Positions 49,300 through 62,871 are shown, counted from the stretch's first letter. The stretch is DNA of 64,000 nucleotides from Octopus sinensis (GCF_006345805.1 NC_043006.1:59644001-59708000), one strand, 5' to 3'. Notes: generated from the sequence alone by a model not told the origin. Numbers and translations: made by a program.

Positions 49300-49545
49300 A
49301 ACAACAGCGGTACAGAAGCTACCACAATTCTGGCCGAAAAGAGCTGAGCTATGGGGCCGCGCAGGCGGAGCGCAATTCAAGGTACGCAAAATAACTTCGG
49401 ACCAAACGAAATATCCGTACGTAGTTGCGGCACTGGATGAAGACACGGCAACAAGGGTGCCGGACATTTTAACCCAACCCCCAGCAACGCACAAACACAC
49501 CACGTTAAAAAACAGGTTGGTGGATACATTCTGGCGGCAAACATT
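49300..49545 (+). mobile_element. Gypsy gag N-terminal relic
   Basis: KLPQFWPKRAEL...AQFKVRKITSDQTKYPYVVAALDEDTATRVPDILTQPP...LKNRLVDTF. Confidence 0.75.
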
Positions 49546-49960
49546 TTTTATCCAGTAGTGTTATGGTCAACGCCATAGGGTTGGCCCTGAGACATGGTGG
49601 AGTTAAGCAAGACAACCGGTGCTTTTACCACACAAACTTCGGGAAAAAGACTACGAAGTGCAAATAACAATGTAGTTACAGGACTCCTTGGCTATCGGTT
49701 CAGAAAATGATATTATAACAAAAGGATAAAATTTCTTTGAATATTTTGAGTATATACAAAATTTTACCACAATAGAGGGAGGAAAAGAAAATTACAAAGA
49801 AATAGTTTAATATTTATTTTTACTTATTATTTATCTAAATATTAACTTATTAGATGGTATCTATGGAGATTGAGCAATTGGAATTTAACTGGTATTTAAT
49901 AAAGGAGCACTGAGGTTAAAGAACATGTATAGATTTGAAACAATAATTGTTGTTATTTAA

Positions 49961-50180
49961 GACAGCGAGCTGGTAGAGTCGTTAGCACGCCGGGCAAAAT
50001 GCTTAGTGGCATTTCGCCCGTCTTTATGTTCTGAGTTCAAATTCGCCATGGTCGACTTTGCTTTTCATCCTTTCAGATTCGATAAATTAAGTACCAGTGA
50101 AATACAGGGGGTCGATGTAATCGACTAGTCACCTCCCAACTAAATTTGAGGACTTGTGTACTCCAGTAGAAAGGATTATT
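49961..50180 (+). mobile_element. SINE, GCCTTTCATCC family (alternative tail)
   Basis: Head GACAGCGAGCTGGTAGAGTCGTTAGCACGCCGGG. Confidence 0.8.
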
Positions 50181-50289
50181 ATTAACATTATTTTGTTTAT
50201 TCGTGTCGCAACACGTAAGTTTGTTAGTATTTGTATTGTTTGAGAGAGATGTATATTGAACATTTGTTATCGTTTTATAGATAATCTAA

Positions 50290-53200
50290 TCAGAATCTTA
50301 GGGAGCTGGTTAGTTTTCTCCATCTGTTGCCCTTAGGGGTTAAGTTTGAGTTCGTTTAGCAAATACACCCCTCAGTTTTTGATTAAAAACAAAAGATGGC
50401 GGACGAGGATTGCTTCCTCGGGTGAAAAGAACAGCCAGCTATCCACTGAACAAACAGAGAAATTATTTTAAAAAATCGGTGACAGCAGCAGCAGTAACAA
50501 CAACGTGAGAAAAGTATGACACTAATTTTCCGCTGCTAAAAATTTCAACACCGTCATTACCAACACAGGAACAGCGAAAGAGAACAATGTCAACAAAATG
50601 CAACAATATTAACAAGAACACTACCACCTCCACCACAACCACCACCACCACCACCACCACCACCAAAACAAACATTGATAGAACGGAAACAGCGGCCGTT
50701 CTCATTTCTAAACAAAATTGGAATAGTTTCGCACAAAAGTGTCGTCGTGTTGGTAAAGAAGTTAAGTGGCACTAAAATGCACATAACACAATGGGAAAGC
50801 AATATTTCTAAACATGGCAGACGAAATATAAGAAGATACTTGAAATAAACTATTATCTACAAGTGTATTTCATCAAAAATCCAGGAGACTAGCGCAAGTA
50901 ACGCAGGCTCAATTTGAAAACATCAGTGCAGACATACAACTTCCCCCCCTGCCACAGATTTCACCGACTGTGAAAACTCGTCTATCGAGGAAAACAGTTT
51001 TGGAAAAAAACCAAACCACAAGAATGAAAACTGGTGAAAGGTAAAAGAAAAAAATTGCAAAATGAAAAGTAAAGTACAAGACTAAAAACGAACAACTTAA
51101 AAGAGAAGACAAAGAATCCAAAAACAGTTTAAAATACTCGGACATTACTCTTAAGGAATACATCACCCCCCTTCCCCCGTAACACCTCCTTTGACATAAA
51201 AATTATAAAAGCAATGCAACCAACTTATAACTATCCTAAAGGAATGGGGGTGTTCCATGGGACCATAAACGAAAGCTTCTACAAAGAAATGCTTGTGGAG
51301 AGAGTTACATAGTGCTAGGACAGCGCACCTATCTCTCCACATAAATAGGGTAAGTGATTCTGTTTTCCCTCTTCACTCTTCGCTCTCCTTCTCTCCAACA
51401 AACACGGCCTTGCTCAGAATGGGCAGTAAATGCACGCAGACTGGAGTCACTTCGGAAACAGGGTCACTTACAAATTGACTGCAGGTCACAAAGTATAGAT
51501 GTCGTGGCAATCAATGAAACCAGACTTTTCAATCGATAAGCTTTCATGCTCACGTTCTGTGGATACGAGATATACTCGTCTCCATGTCATCCGGGAATGG
51601 GGGTGGGTTGGAACTGTGGTGTTGTTCCAAAAAGGTCTGGATCTCAAGAAAAGGTTCATCTTCCTGGACTCAAAAGGTAAGTTGGTGGTCCTGAATGTGG
51701 TTCTGGATGAGACGAAGTTGTTTTCAGACTGGTGGTTGTTTACTCTCCGATAGGGGCAAGAGAGCCGGATTTCTTCAGACATCTGAAGGTTTTCCTAGGA
51801 TATCTCGATCTTTAGTGCTAATGGATAACTGGAATGCCATTTTTAGGACGCACGTTTAGATTGACTGAGGTTAGCTGTTAGAACAGGGGGTGCAAAAGCG
51901 TCACAAACTTGCTCAGACATTTTCGACTGTCCAACATGTATCGACTGGATTTCCCGAGCGTGCCAGTGTGGGCATGGACGAACTACATCAGGTCATCTAG
52001 GTCGTATTTAGAGATGGTATTCTGTAGGCCACTGTTGTCCACTTTTGAGAATCGTCGGCTACACGGACCATACAATTGTGATCTGCTCGGTCGGCCTAGA
52101 TAGACTTCATAGGCAGGAACCTGGCTACAAGAAGCTGAATGCGTCGCTCCCGGCGTGTCAAGCTTACAAAGACCCCATTAGAGAATTAATTGGTTAAGCG
52201 GGTCAATCGTCAACAACAAATGGTGGTTTGCCCTGAAAAAAGCAATTAGAGTAGAATCTATTAAATTTAGTGGACCATTGGTGATAGAAAAAATAGAATG
52301 GAAAGAAACTTAGAAACTTAGAAGATGCGTTTAGGAAGGTTATTGCAACCGACGTGCTCGCGTTGAGATTAGTCTTCAACGCTAAGCATGAAGGATGTAT
52401 TGTCAGAGCTAAGGCGCGTGCTCTAAGAAACGAGGGAACAAAAGCCGCTTAATGGACTCGTGTAGTAGAGGCGCAACGCGGCAGAGATGCAACGGAGATG
52501 ATGGGCTGGACAGGAGTAAATCACCTGATTTCGATGATCTGCCCTACGAATTTTACTTTTACATGCTAGACTTGTTAGCAGATGTCTACTGCAACTGGCA
52601 GCAGAACGAGGTAATTCCTAGTCGAGGAGCGGTGGAACTGTTATGAAAGGACCCGAACAAGGGGAATCAAATAGAAACTTTTAGGCCCATAACTCTTCTG
52701 AATTCAGATTTCAAAATTTTGACTATAGTGTTAGCGAATAGGTTGGAGCTTATCGTTGAGGGGCTGAATGGTGATGCGCAAACTTGCTCCATCCTAAGTA
52801 GATCTTTCCACGACTACCTTCACTTCATGGAGTACATCTTAGGCAGAGAGGGTAAAGAAGATGGCATGGGTGGGACCTGATCAATTTGGATGACTAAAAG
52901 CCTTTTGAGGCGTTAAGAGACAACCTACGTAAACTAGGACGTAGGAGAACCGTGTCAGCGTATGCAGATGACGCCACCGTCATAGTGTCGAAGACTAGGT
53001 ACATAGACTTGATCGGCACTACTCTAAAAGAATATGAGGCGACAACAAGAGCCAAGATTAACCAAGAAAAGTCAGTGAGCCTTCAGCTCGGCACCTTGAG
53101 AGGCAAGACCATTCTCACCATTAACGTTGTGAGACGCTGGACGGCGAGACCAGTTAAATTGCTGATGTTCCGGTTTGGTCCAAATCTCCAGGTGGAGAAA

Positions 53201-54175
53201 ACCCAGAAATGGGCCGAGAGAAAGCTGTTTCTTGAAAGGTCGGGTAGAAGTGGTGAATGCATACATCACCTCCGTTATATATTACCGCCTGGCTCCAGTT
53301 TAATTCCGACCAAACTGGAGCGCGTACACTTCCACTTTCTGTGAATGGGATTCGTTCCAATGGTCGGGCGTACGATGATGTTTTCAGGGAGACTCTGGGC
53401 GTTGACGAGAATCAACTGGCTGGTCTATCTCGGAAAACTTTCGGGACGGGGCCCATGGATAATTTCCAGAAGTCTCTGACCAGGCGGTACTGCCATGTAA
53501 CATTGCCGATTCGGGATAAAATCTACAGGCACAGGAGTGCTTGCCCGATATTTGCGCAGAGCAACGGAACTGTTCACGTTCTCGTCCAGTATCAGAGCAT
53601 TGCTGACTTTTGAGTTTATGTCAAACACCAACTGTCACGTTTAGGACTCATCCGGCTATCGGCTGAGTCCATTGTGAAGATCGTCCTGTTGCCCTTCCTT
53701 TAGCCGAGAAGGACAGGCAGTATTATTTGTCTGGTGGTCATAACGAAAGAGCTTTATGATGGGCCAGATTGAAAGGGTTGGAGAAAGATACCTTCCTCTT
53801 CGACCAAACCCTCGTCAACTTCTTTAAATTACTCTTGAAAAGGAAGGTGATGGTAGAGAGGGAAGAGCTGCCTCCCAGCAATTTTATTGAAAGGTAGATG
53901 AACGTGGCAAAAATGGTCTGAGTGAATGGACCTATTCTAAGCATGCGCCGTAAGTTGAACGAAGACAGTGTGGAGAGGGCACTTGCCTTAATCGTCAGGG
54001 CAACTGTGATTGATTTTGTGAGGTCTCCACGAGCAGCCCTAGGGAGTCTCCTTCTTTGGAAGAAATTTTTGGTGTTAGAATGTATATTGTTATCTTTTTT
54101 ACTGATTACTCTTTTCTATTTATCTAACCCCACATTGTTTTGTCCTGTCCCAACCCTTATTGATAAATAAAGCAT
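50290..54175 (+). mobile_element. Degenerate L1/Tx1-like LINE: possible 5' region and ORF1 remnant (about 50290-51310), APE, RT, C-terminal finger, AATAAA
   Basis: VNARRL...DVVAINETRL; SPDFDDLPYEFY; FRPITLLNSDFKIL; SAYADDATVIV...AKINQEKS; linkage of the 5' region is inferred. Confidence 0.75.
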
Positions 54176-54198
54176 TGTTACTATCATTATCAACGTTA

Positions 54199-54264
<66 letters not shown>

Positions 54265-54282
54265 TTAATAGTAGTAGTAGTA

Positions 54283-54319
<37 letters not shown>

Positions 54320-54528
54320 TCTTAATGATATGAATTTCGTACATAATTTCTAATTAGAATTTCATTGATTAGAATAGAAACATTTTTCTGAGCCGTATTT
54401 GAAAAGCTAGCAAAGCCAGCAGTCACAGTTTCTAATTGCTAACTTCTAATTTTTTATATCCTTTAAAACACATACATACATAAATACATACATATATATA
54501 CATATATGAATACATATGTGTGTGTGTG

Positions 54529-55390
54529 TATTGGTCTGATCAATAAGTATCCGGACTGTTGCCATAGTAACGAAGCTAAAGCCCGCAGCCGCTTGGCATA
54601 GATTGACCTTCAGCTAACCTAAGTTTTAACGTTCTAGCTCACTTCTGCTGTTTACAGCGGTGACTGGAAGGAATGAGTTTATCGCGTGATCGGTGCACTG
54701 ACCATGACAGAAAAAAAGTTGAGCAGAAAATTTGTATCAAATTTTGCCAAAAGCTTGGCGATACCTGTTGAAAACGCAAAGTTTTCAAAAAGTTTTCATC
54801 GTTCTCGACACACTCAAGGAGATCTTGTGCAACTGAAATCCGAGTGTCTTTTTGATTAAGTGAAAGCAGTTTTTGGTACGAACTTGGCAGACACGCGTCT
54901 CATACCCAAATCTTCAGTGATAATACACTGAACTGAACCGTAACTAATCTGTACATCCTTTGATAACTCGCGGATGGTGATTCGACGATTTCCCCTCGCA
55001 GCTGCACGTACATCTGCGATGTTTTTCTCAGTTCTGCTGATTACGAGTCACCCGGAACGTTCGTCAATATCGACATTTTTTGGCCATCTTGGAAACGTAC
55101 ACTTGTGTGCGGCTCATACACTCCTCTCCATACACTTTCTGCAACTTTGCATAGGCCTCTGTGCAGGTATCGCCATGACAACTTTCTCTGTCATGGTCAA
55201 TGCGACAATCACACGCTATACACGTTACGTCCAAGCACTGCTAAAAACAGCGGAATAGAGCTAGAACGTTAAAACATTGTGCACACACAGAGCAGAGTCC
55301 AAGGTCAATCTTTGCCAAGCGGCTTTACTCTGCGTGCTCTACCTTCGTTACTATGGCAACAGTCCGGATACATATTGATCAGACCTCGTA
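54529..55390. mobile_element. Mariner derivative composed of two inverted 5' ends
   Basis: TIR GGTCTGATCAATAWGTATCCGGACTGTTGCCATAGTAACGAAG at both ends; both arms continue into a 5' leader and TGACCATGACAGA (MTEK). Confidence 0.8.
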
Positions 55391-56156
55391 TATATATTAT
55401 ATATATATATATATATATAATAATGATAATGATAATAATAATAATTATTATAATTATTATTATTATTATTATTATTATTATAGGACAATCAGTAAGTTGT
55501 CATAATAATATTCAGAGTTTCAAATACCGGAGCTGAAAGCTTCTATGCATTTTTTATCAGTTATTAAGACCTACAAGCTTTCAGCTCCAGTATTTGAAAC
55601 TCTGAGTATTATTATGACAACTTACTGATTGTCCTATATTATATATATATATATATATTCTTTTACTTTATTCTTTTGCTTGTTTCATTTCATTAGACTG
55701 CGGCCATGCTAGAGCACCGCCTTTAGTCGAACAAATCGACCCCAGGACTTATTCTTTATAAGCCTAGTACTTATTCTGTCGGTGTCTTTTGCCGAACCGC
55801 TAAGTTACGGGGACGTAAACACACCAGCATCGGTTGTCAAGCGAATTGACTAATCTAGAAACGTACGTTCTCAAATAACCTTTGCACTTGATTTTTTAAT
55901 GTTTTTTCCCCCATACTTTTGTGAGTTGGTTTAGGCAAACACTATCTGAGAGAGATCTTCTTTAAGTATTAGAAATAGCTGAAGAAATTTCTTTAGCTGC
56001 TATTTCTAATGAGTTCAGTATGTGGCAAAGTAATTTATTTTACTAAGCCCTTATATATAATGTAATATTTTGAATTCGCCTATAATGGTCCCTTTACATA
56101 CTGAATACTTGGTGAAATTGATTAATAATTAATTAATTTTACCCTCAATTGTTGAA

Positions 56157-56223
<67 letters not shown>

Positions 56224-56267
56224 ATATATATATAATAATGATAATGATAATAATAATAATTATTATA

Positions 56268-56300
<33 letters not shown>

Positions 56301-56971
56301 GGACAATCAGTAAGTTGTCATAATAATATTCAGAGTTTCAAATACCGGAGCTGAAAGCTTCTATGCATTTTTTATCAGTTATTAAGACCTACAAGCTTTC
56401 AGCTCCAGTATTTGAAACTCTGAGTATTATTATGACAACTTACTGATTGTCCTATATTATATATATATATATATATTCTTTTACTTTATTCTTTTGCTTG
56501 TTTCATTTCATTAGACTGCGGCCATGCTAGAGCACCGCCTTTAGTCGAACAAATCGACCCCAGGACTTATTCTTTATAAGCCTAGTACTTATTCTGTCGG
56601 TGTCTTTTGCCGAACCGCTAAGTTACGGGGACGTAAACACACCAGCATCGGTTGTCAAGCGAATTGACTAATCTAGAAACGTACGTTCTCAAATAACCTT
56701 TGCACTTGATTTTTTAATGTTTTTTCCCCCATACTTTTGTGAGTTGGTTTAGGCAAACACTATCTGAGAGAGATCTTCTTTAAGTATTAGAAATAGCTGA
56801 AGAAATTTCTTAGCTGCTATTTCTAATGAGTTCAGTATGTGGCAAAGTAATTATTTTACTAAGCCCTTATATATAATGTAATATTTTGAATTCGCCTATA
56901 ATGGTCCCTTTACATACTGAATACTTGGTGAAATTGATTAATAATAATTAATTTTACCCTCAATTGTTGAA

Positions 56972-56975
<4 letters not shown>
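55391..56975. repeat. Tandem duplication, about 818-bp unit (hairpin, truncated CORE SINE and unique DNA), bounded by (AT)n
   Basis: TAGGACAATCAG at 55481 and 56299; GTTGAAAT at 56151 and 56966; near identical apart from small indels. Confidence 0.93.
55481..55636. repeat. Hairpin with 62-bp arms and a degenerate hammerhead on the minus strand (55503-55566); duplicated at 56299-56454
   Basis: Arms differ at 2 positions; minus strand reads UAAUAA-CUGAUAA...GAAA-CUCUGAA-UA-UUAUUA. Confidence 0.75.
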
Positions 56976-57027
<52 letters not shown>

Positions 57028-57669
57028 TATATATACACGTCCCTGTAATATTTATTACTAACATTACTTCAAAATGGCTTGAAAAATATTTTGTTCTTAA
57101 AACCGGGACTCGTTGCCTTAGACTTCACCTCTCCGGTAACACTTATTTCAGACTACTTCTCAAGTATCTTGCATCAGGGATAGCTGAAAATAATATTGCA
57201 GGATTGATTAATATTGATGATGTAGTTAATGTTCATCTTTATTATGACGTAGAAATCGTGCAGTCGAGAAGAAGAAAAAAGATGGTAGAGAAGAAAGCAG
57301 TGGTGAAAATGGGTGAAATGTTGTAGAAATAATGGCTGTTTATTGATAATTCCAGTTGACAAGTGAAGTTCTAAAAAGATCTCGATCAACACAGTTTTAT
57401 AATTGAACAAGAAATAATTAACATTTAAATGCAGTAGAATTAGCTAATCAAAGAAAGAAATAGAAAGTGAGTGATAAATTTTATTCCTCAATATCCAGAA
57501 TTAACATTTTCTCTATTCCAACGTAAACACTCAAGAGTCTAGGGAAACTGTTTGACTTAACTGTGAAAGACTCTGCTGCCAAAACAAAACAAAAAGAAAA
57601 AGAAAGAAGAATTTTGAAACCTGTTTCCTTAAGGTCGATAAGACGGACTTGGATTTTCATCAACATTCT

Positions 57670-57892
57670 TATTTCTTTATTGCCCACAAGCGGCTAAACA
57701 TAGAGAGGACAAACAAGGACAGACATACGGATTAGATCGACCCCAGTGCATAACTGGTACTTAATTTATTGACCCCGAAAGGATGAAACGCAAAGTCGAC
57801 CTCGGCGGAATTTGAACTTAGAACGTAGCGGCAGACGAAATAAGACTAAGCATTTCGTCCGGTGAGCTAACGTTTCTGCCAGTTTGTCGCCT
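57670..57892 (-). mobile_element. SINE, GCCTTTCATCC family
   Basis: Homology to 4019-4250. Confidence 0.88.
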
Positions 57893-59389
57893 TTCATCAA
57901 CATTCTGTTCTACCCCGAGTTCGAAGCCATGGATTGTTTTATACGCTACCATTGAGCCGTGTAAACCCCCGAAATGAAGATCGGCAGCTTTCTCTCCAAG
58001 TGACTGGAATTTGTACTATAAAACATGTTAACGTTTGTATATTTTAAGGCAGCCGTTAGCCGTTAGTGCGGCCTAAGAGATGATGAGCTATGTCTTATTC
58101 GGCCCACTTCTCAAAAAAGGTAGTCCATACCTATTTTAAGGTTTGTACATGCTAATGTATACAGAATTTTAAAAAACATTGCAATAGCATATAGTAGCAT
58201 ATAGTACTGGCCTCACATTTCAAGAATCCGCATTAATGATATCCGCATTAATGATATCCACCAAGTTATCAGTTCCAAACCAGTGCTTCTGCGCATGATC
58301 TATTACCAACTTCCTTCAAATTTTAATGAACGATTGTGTGTTTAAGGCTCATTCGATCCAATACATTTCAAAAAATAAACAAATTACAATAATCAAATTA
58401 AAAGACTATGACGAATGACCAGCCTTACTTCACTTTTACTAGACTAATTAATAGACTTGCCCTCCTATTTCTTTATCTCGATTCTTTGAACTCGTGAATG
58501 TCTCTTTGAAGATAAAAGTAAAAGATAAAAGAAAGAAAAAGAAAAACAAAATGAGGTTAATTATTTTTTCTCATAAATTAGATCCGTTGAATGATATTCA
58601 GATAAGGTTTTAAAATAAAGCAGTGAGGAAAAACGTAGTGCCGGTTACAAACAAATATGTATACCATCATATGTTTAATTATGATAGATTTAGGCTTGCA
58701 ATGAAACTAGGCCAGGTAATTAGACCCAGGAGTCATAACAACGTTATAATCTCTAGTACTACCATCATCGAGTAAACAATGCACAGGGTTTTTTTTTAAA
58801 TTTATCTTTCGACGGCAAGCCATGGCAAAAATGGATTAGCATTATGCTACTTTGGTAGAACCTAATTCGACGAAGATAATACAAGTAAATTCATAGAAGA
58901 CATTCGTAATTAAAGTAACAAAAATTATATATAGAACCCTATGATTTTAGCACATATATGTAGTGATGCGATGAAAACAGATCACATGGTTAAACAACCG
59001 GGGTATCAATAATATTAGTTTCCTCCTCCTTCAAACTCATCCATTCCAAACTGTCGAAAGAGAGTAGAATTAAAACTATTTATTGCAACATTCTGTAACC
59101 AAGATGTACTACTTACAATCTTGTTTTCAGTATGTAGTCCTACATTATTTTCTTTCGGCAGTTTCGAAGATAGAAGCGTTGCCTAGGAGATAAGTCGTTT
59201 CCATAATACTTCAAAGCCACCGAAAACCCTGTGCCTAATTCTACTGTGTCGTTAACTATATATGTTTCTTAAACATACATATTTAACATATGTATGTTAA
59301 ATATGTATTTTTCCATAATCCTTGTACATCATAATTGTTTTAAATTTTCATGTGTGTGAGAATTGTTTCATATATATATATATAATATA

Positions 59390-59436
<47 letters not shown>

Positions 59437-59506
59437 ATATTGGTAAAAACGGTAAGATAACAATAGAAAGAAAGAGACCTCAATATTATGTAAATAGAGG
59501 AAATTT

Positions 59507-59650
59507 ATCTGTAAAATAATATGTGACAATTATTCAATAGCCAAGATGGCCAGATAACCGAAGAGATGGTGTTGTGGTTTCCACCTCGGCATCCGAAACT
59601 CAGAGTTTTATCTTGGCTATTGAATAATTGTCACATATTATTTTACAGAT
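59507..59650. repeat. Perfect 41-bp inverted repeat enclosing a hammerhead motif
   Basis: 59507-59547 is the exact reverse complement of 59610-59650. Confidence 0.92.
59548..59618 (+). ncRNA. Type I hammerhead motif, C4 variant, near-palindromic stem III
   Basis: AGAUAA-CCGAAGA-GAUG(...)CAUC-C-GAA-ACUC(A)GAGU-U-UUAUCU. Confidence 0.6.
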
Positions 59651-59996
59651 ATATGATATATATATAATATATATATATATGATATATATATATATATATA
59701 TATATATGATATATATATATATATTATATATATATATATTATATATATAATATATATATATATTATATGATATATATATTATATATATGATATATATATA
59801 TATATATATATGATATATAATATATATATATATATGATATAATAATATATATATGATATATATAATATTATATATATATATGATATATATATATATATTG
59901 ATATATATATATATATATATATATATGATATATTATATATATATGATATATATATATATATATATATGATATATATATATATATATATATATGATA

Positions 59997-60028
<32 letters not shown>

Positions 60029-60350
60029 ATATATATGATATATATATATATATATATATATATAGATATATATATATGATATATTATATATATATATGAT
60101 TATATATATGATATATATAATATATATATATGATTATATATATATATATATGATATATATACATATATGATATATGATATATATATATATATATATATAT
60201 ACATATGATATATATATATATATATATGATATATATACATATGATATATATATATATAGATATATATATATGATATATATATATATATATATGATATAGA
60301 TATATATATATTATAATATAATAATAATAATAATACATACATACATATAT
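59651..60350. repeat. (AT)n array punctuated by ATG units
   Basis: Directly visible. Confidence 0.95.
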
Positions 60351-60380
60351 ATATGATTTATGATATATTTTCGTATGTAA

Positions 60381-60580
60381 GGCGGCGAGCTGGCAAAAAC
60401 GTTAGCACGCCGAGCGAAATACTTAACGCGTCTGTCATTACGTTCTGAGTTCAAATTCCGCCGAAGTCGACTTTGCCTTTTATCCTTTCGGAGTCGATAA
60501 ATTAAGTACCAGTTGCGTACTGGGGTCCATCTAATCGACTGACGCCCTCCCCAAAAATGTTGTGTCTTGAGTAGAAACGA
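60381..60580 (+). mobile_element. SINE, GCCTTTCATCC family
   Basis: Head GGCGGCGAGCTGGCAAAAACGTTAGC. Confidence 0.88.
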
Positions 60581-61469
60581 ATGTATTATCATATATACAT
60601 ATTGTAACTATATATACCATAGAAATTTTATTTATTTAATTTATAAAGCATGTGTGTAATATATGGATTCATAGAATCGTGTAGTTATCACAGAAAGCTC
60701 CTCTAGCGGAACCCGGCTATCATATCCCATAGTAATCCAATTCAGAGGAGTATAATGCAGAGTTCCATGCAGCTGAAATCCAGGAAATACAATCGATGGA
60801 ATTATTTCATGAGGAGTAGATAAACCATAAATAGTGAATATATTTATTTAATCACTTGTTACCCTTAGAATTACGGCCGTTTTGCAGCCTTCACCATGTA
60901 ATAATAACATTTGTGTATAATAAATTATTCTACATGTCGCACCAGTATTCATGCTACGCATTGTACAATACAATTGTACATTTACAAAATGAATTCAGGG
61001 GTGGGGTAGTCATAGAAATCATACTTTTATATTATTTTATTTATTCGCCACATTGTTAGGGCTGGAGGTTTGTCTGTCTCAAAAATGTTATGATATATGT
61101 TTCATATTTATTTGAAGGGAATTATATAAAAAAAAATGTACATGAACGCATTCACCTTGCAGAACATTCTGTCAATGTCGAGAACATTTCGTCCTTTATA
61201 CACATCACAAGTCGTCTCTCTGAACATATAATCTTATAGTGAGTACATTTTTCTCTCGCAAGAAAACTTTTTTTTATCGTGCCCCAGCATGGCCACAGCT
61301 CAAGAGCTGAAACTGGAAAACATAAACTATATCCCTATCACACAGAGTGTAGAAAATTTAAGTTTTAACCAACAATGTATAACTAACGTATATAATTACC
61401 ATTATTAATTCGGCTTTGAAGTATTTGGTAGAATTCGCAGGGATCGAAATTCCCTGCGAACCCTTCTTA

Positions 61470-62045
61470 ACTTGATCTCAGCATCGAACATCACCTACTG
61501 CCTGATCACTAGTTGCATGAAACTCACCAACACAAAGAAAAACTGCATTGCCTCGATGGCGTTGCCTCTGCTGATATCAAACGGGAAGTGGCAAGTCATA
61601 TTTAGAAACAGGTTACTAGTGATGAATGCCACTTATTCCATAGATGTAGACCCCCACCCCAATGACTGAAGTCAAGAGGAGGCTTCCTGTCATGGCCAGC
61701 CCCTAAATACATCTCTGGAAGAAACCAGACTCCAGTTCTAAAGAGAAAAACTTGAGAACGATCGTCATCTAGTTCACATGGATAACACTAATGCACCTGC
61801 TAAAGACCTCCCACCTGGCTCAGAAACACTTTGGGTTCAATGGAAGACACTCAACTGCTTGAGAACGAGAACGGGGCGATCAAAAGTTGTTTTGGTCAGA
61901 TGAGTCTACAAAACTGGCCCAGACACCAGTGAAAGATAAGCAGACCATACTAAGGAGCCCTGTCGTGTCTGCCCTCTGCTAGCCAACCCCTGTGCCTCAA
62001 AAAACCTTACGGAGTTCAATAAAAGTGCAAAGAAATTTGTAAAGG
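61470..62045 (+). mobile_element. RTE-X-like LINE 3' relic
   Basis: IT.CMKLTNT..LHCLDGVASADIKREVA; LKSRGGF; WVQWKTLNCLRTRTGRSK; CPLLANPC. Confidence 0.65.
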
Positions 62046-62621
62046 GTAAATATAATATAAGAATTACGATTCGAAGAATATAAATAAGACCATTATACAT
62101 AATTGTAATGCTAATCCTGACAACCTTCTTTTCATGCATAAGACCACAAGAAGAAAAGAAAAGAAAAAAAAAAAAAACAGGAAAGTAACAAAGATTCTAT
62201 CGGCCCGTAAAATAGAAGCAGATGGAAGAAAACAAAAATAAAAAAGACGAAATGGGGTTAACTGAGTAATCCAACGTAGTTGAAAGGAAAATAGGATGAG
62301 TTGTATGATACTTGTCTTGTGGAACAAAAATGTTATGAAGGCGGTTACAGTTACAACGGTGAGTTACCACTTTTGTAAAGCGGTGGTTTTACCACTTTTA
62401 TAACGGGCTGAGATTATCTTATTTATATGGTGATTATTCTCCCGAGCAGACTTTCCTAAGGCCACGTCGGTTTGTCATCAATTTATAACGTTGTGTTGGA
62501 TTATCGAGTTTAAAATGTTTTTGACTTGGCAAAGATAATAATTATAGATGTTTATTGAGTAGAAATCTATAGTGATAAACACGTCGCTTATAACTTAATT
62601 ATAAGTATTATCAAATAAAAA

Positions 62622-62871
62622 ATGCGCCCTTTTAAAGCCTTGATAGGCTCATGAGCCCGGTTTCCCGGTTTTCAATGGTGTATGTGTTTCCCAGCTGGAC
62701 GGGACGCCGGTCCATCGCAGCGTTACTCCTTTTTGCTAGCTGAGTGGACTGGAGCAACGTGAAATGAAGTGTTTTGCTTAAGAACACAACGCGTCGCCCG
62801 GTCCAGGAATCGAAACCACAACCTAACGATCATGATGCTGACACCCTAACCACTAAGCCACGCGCCTCCAC
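62622..62871 (-). mobile_element. SINE, same family as 45446-45696
   Basis: Head GTGGAGGCGCGTGGCTTAGTGGTTAGGGTGTCAGCATCATGATCG. Confidence 0.88.

Noticed and set aside
56964-58100. ORFs of 68-120 aa near 57.0-58.0 kb as host exons
   Set aside because: They start in a microsatellite or SINE, no homology was recognised, and candidate splice frames contain stops
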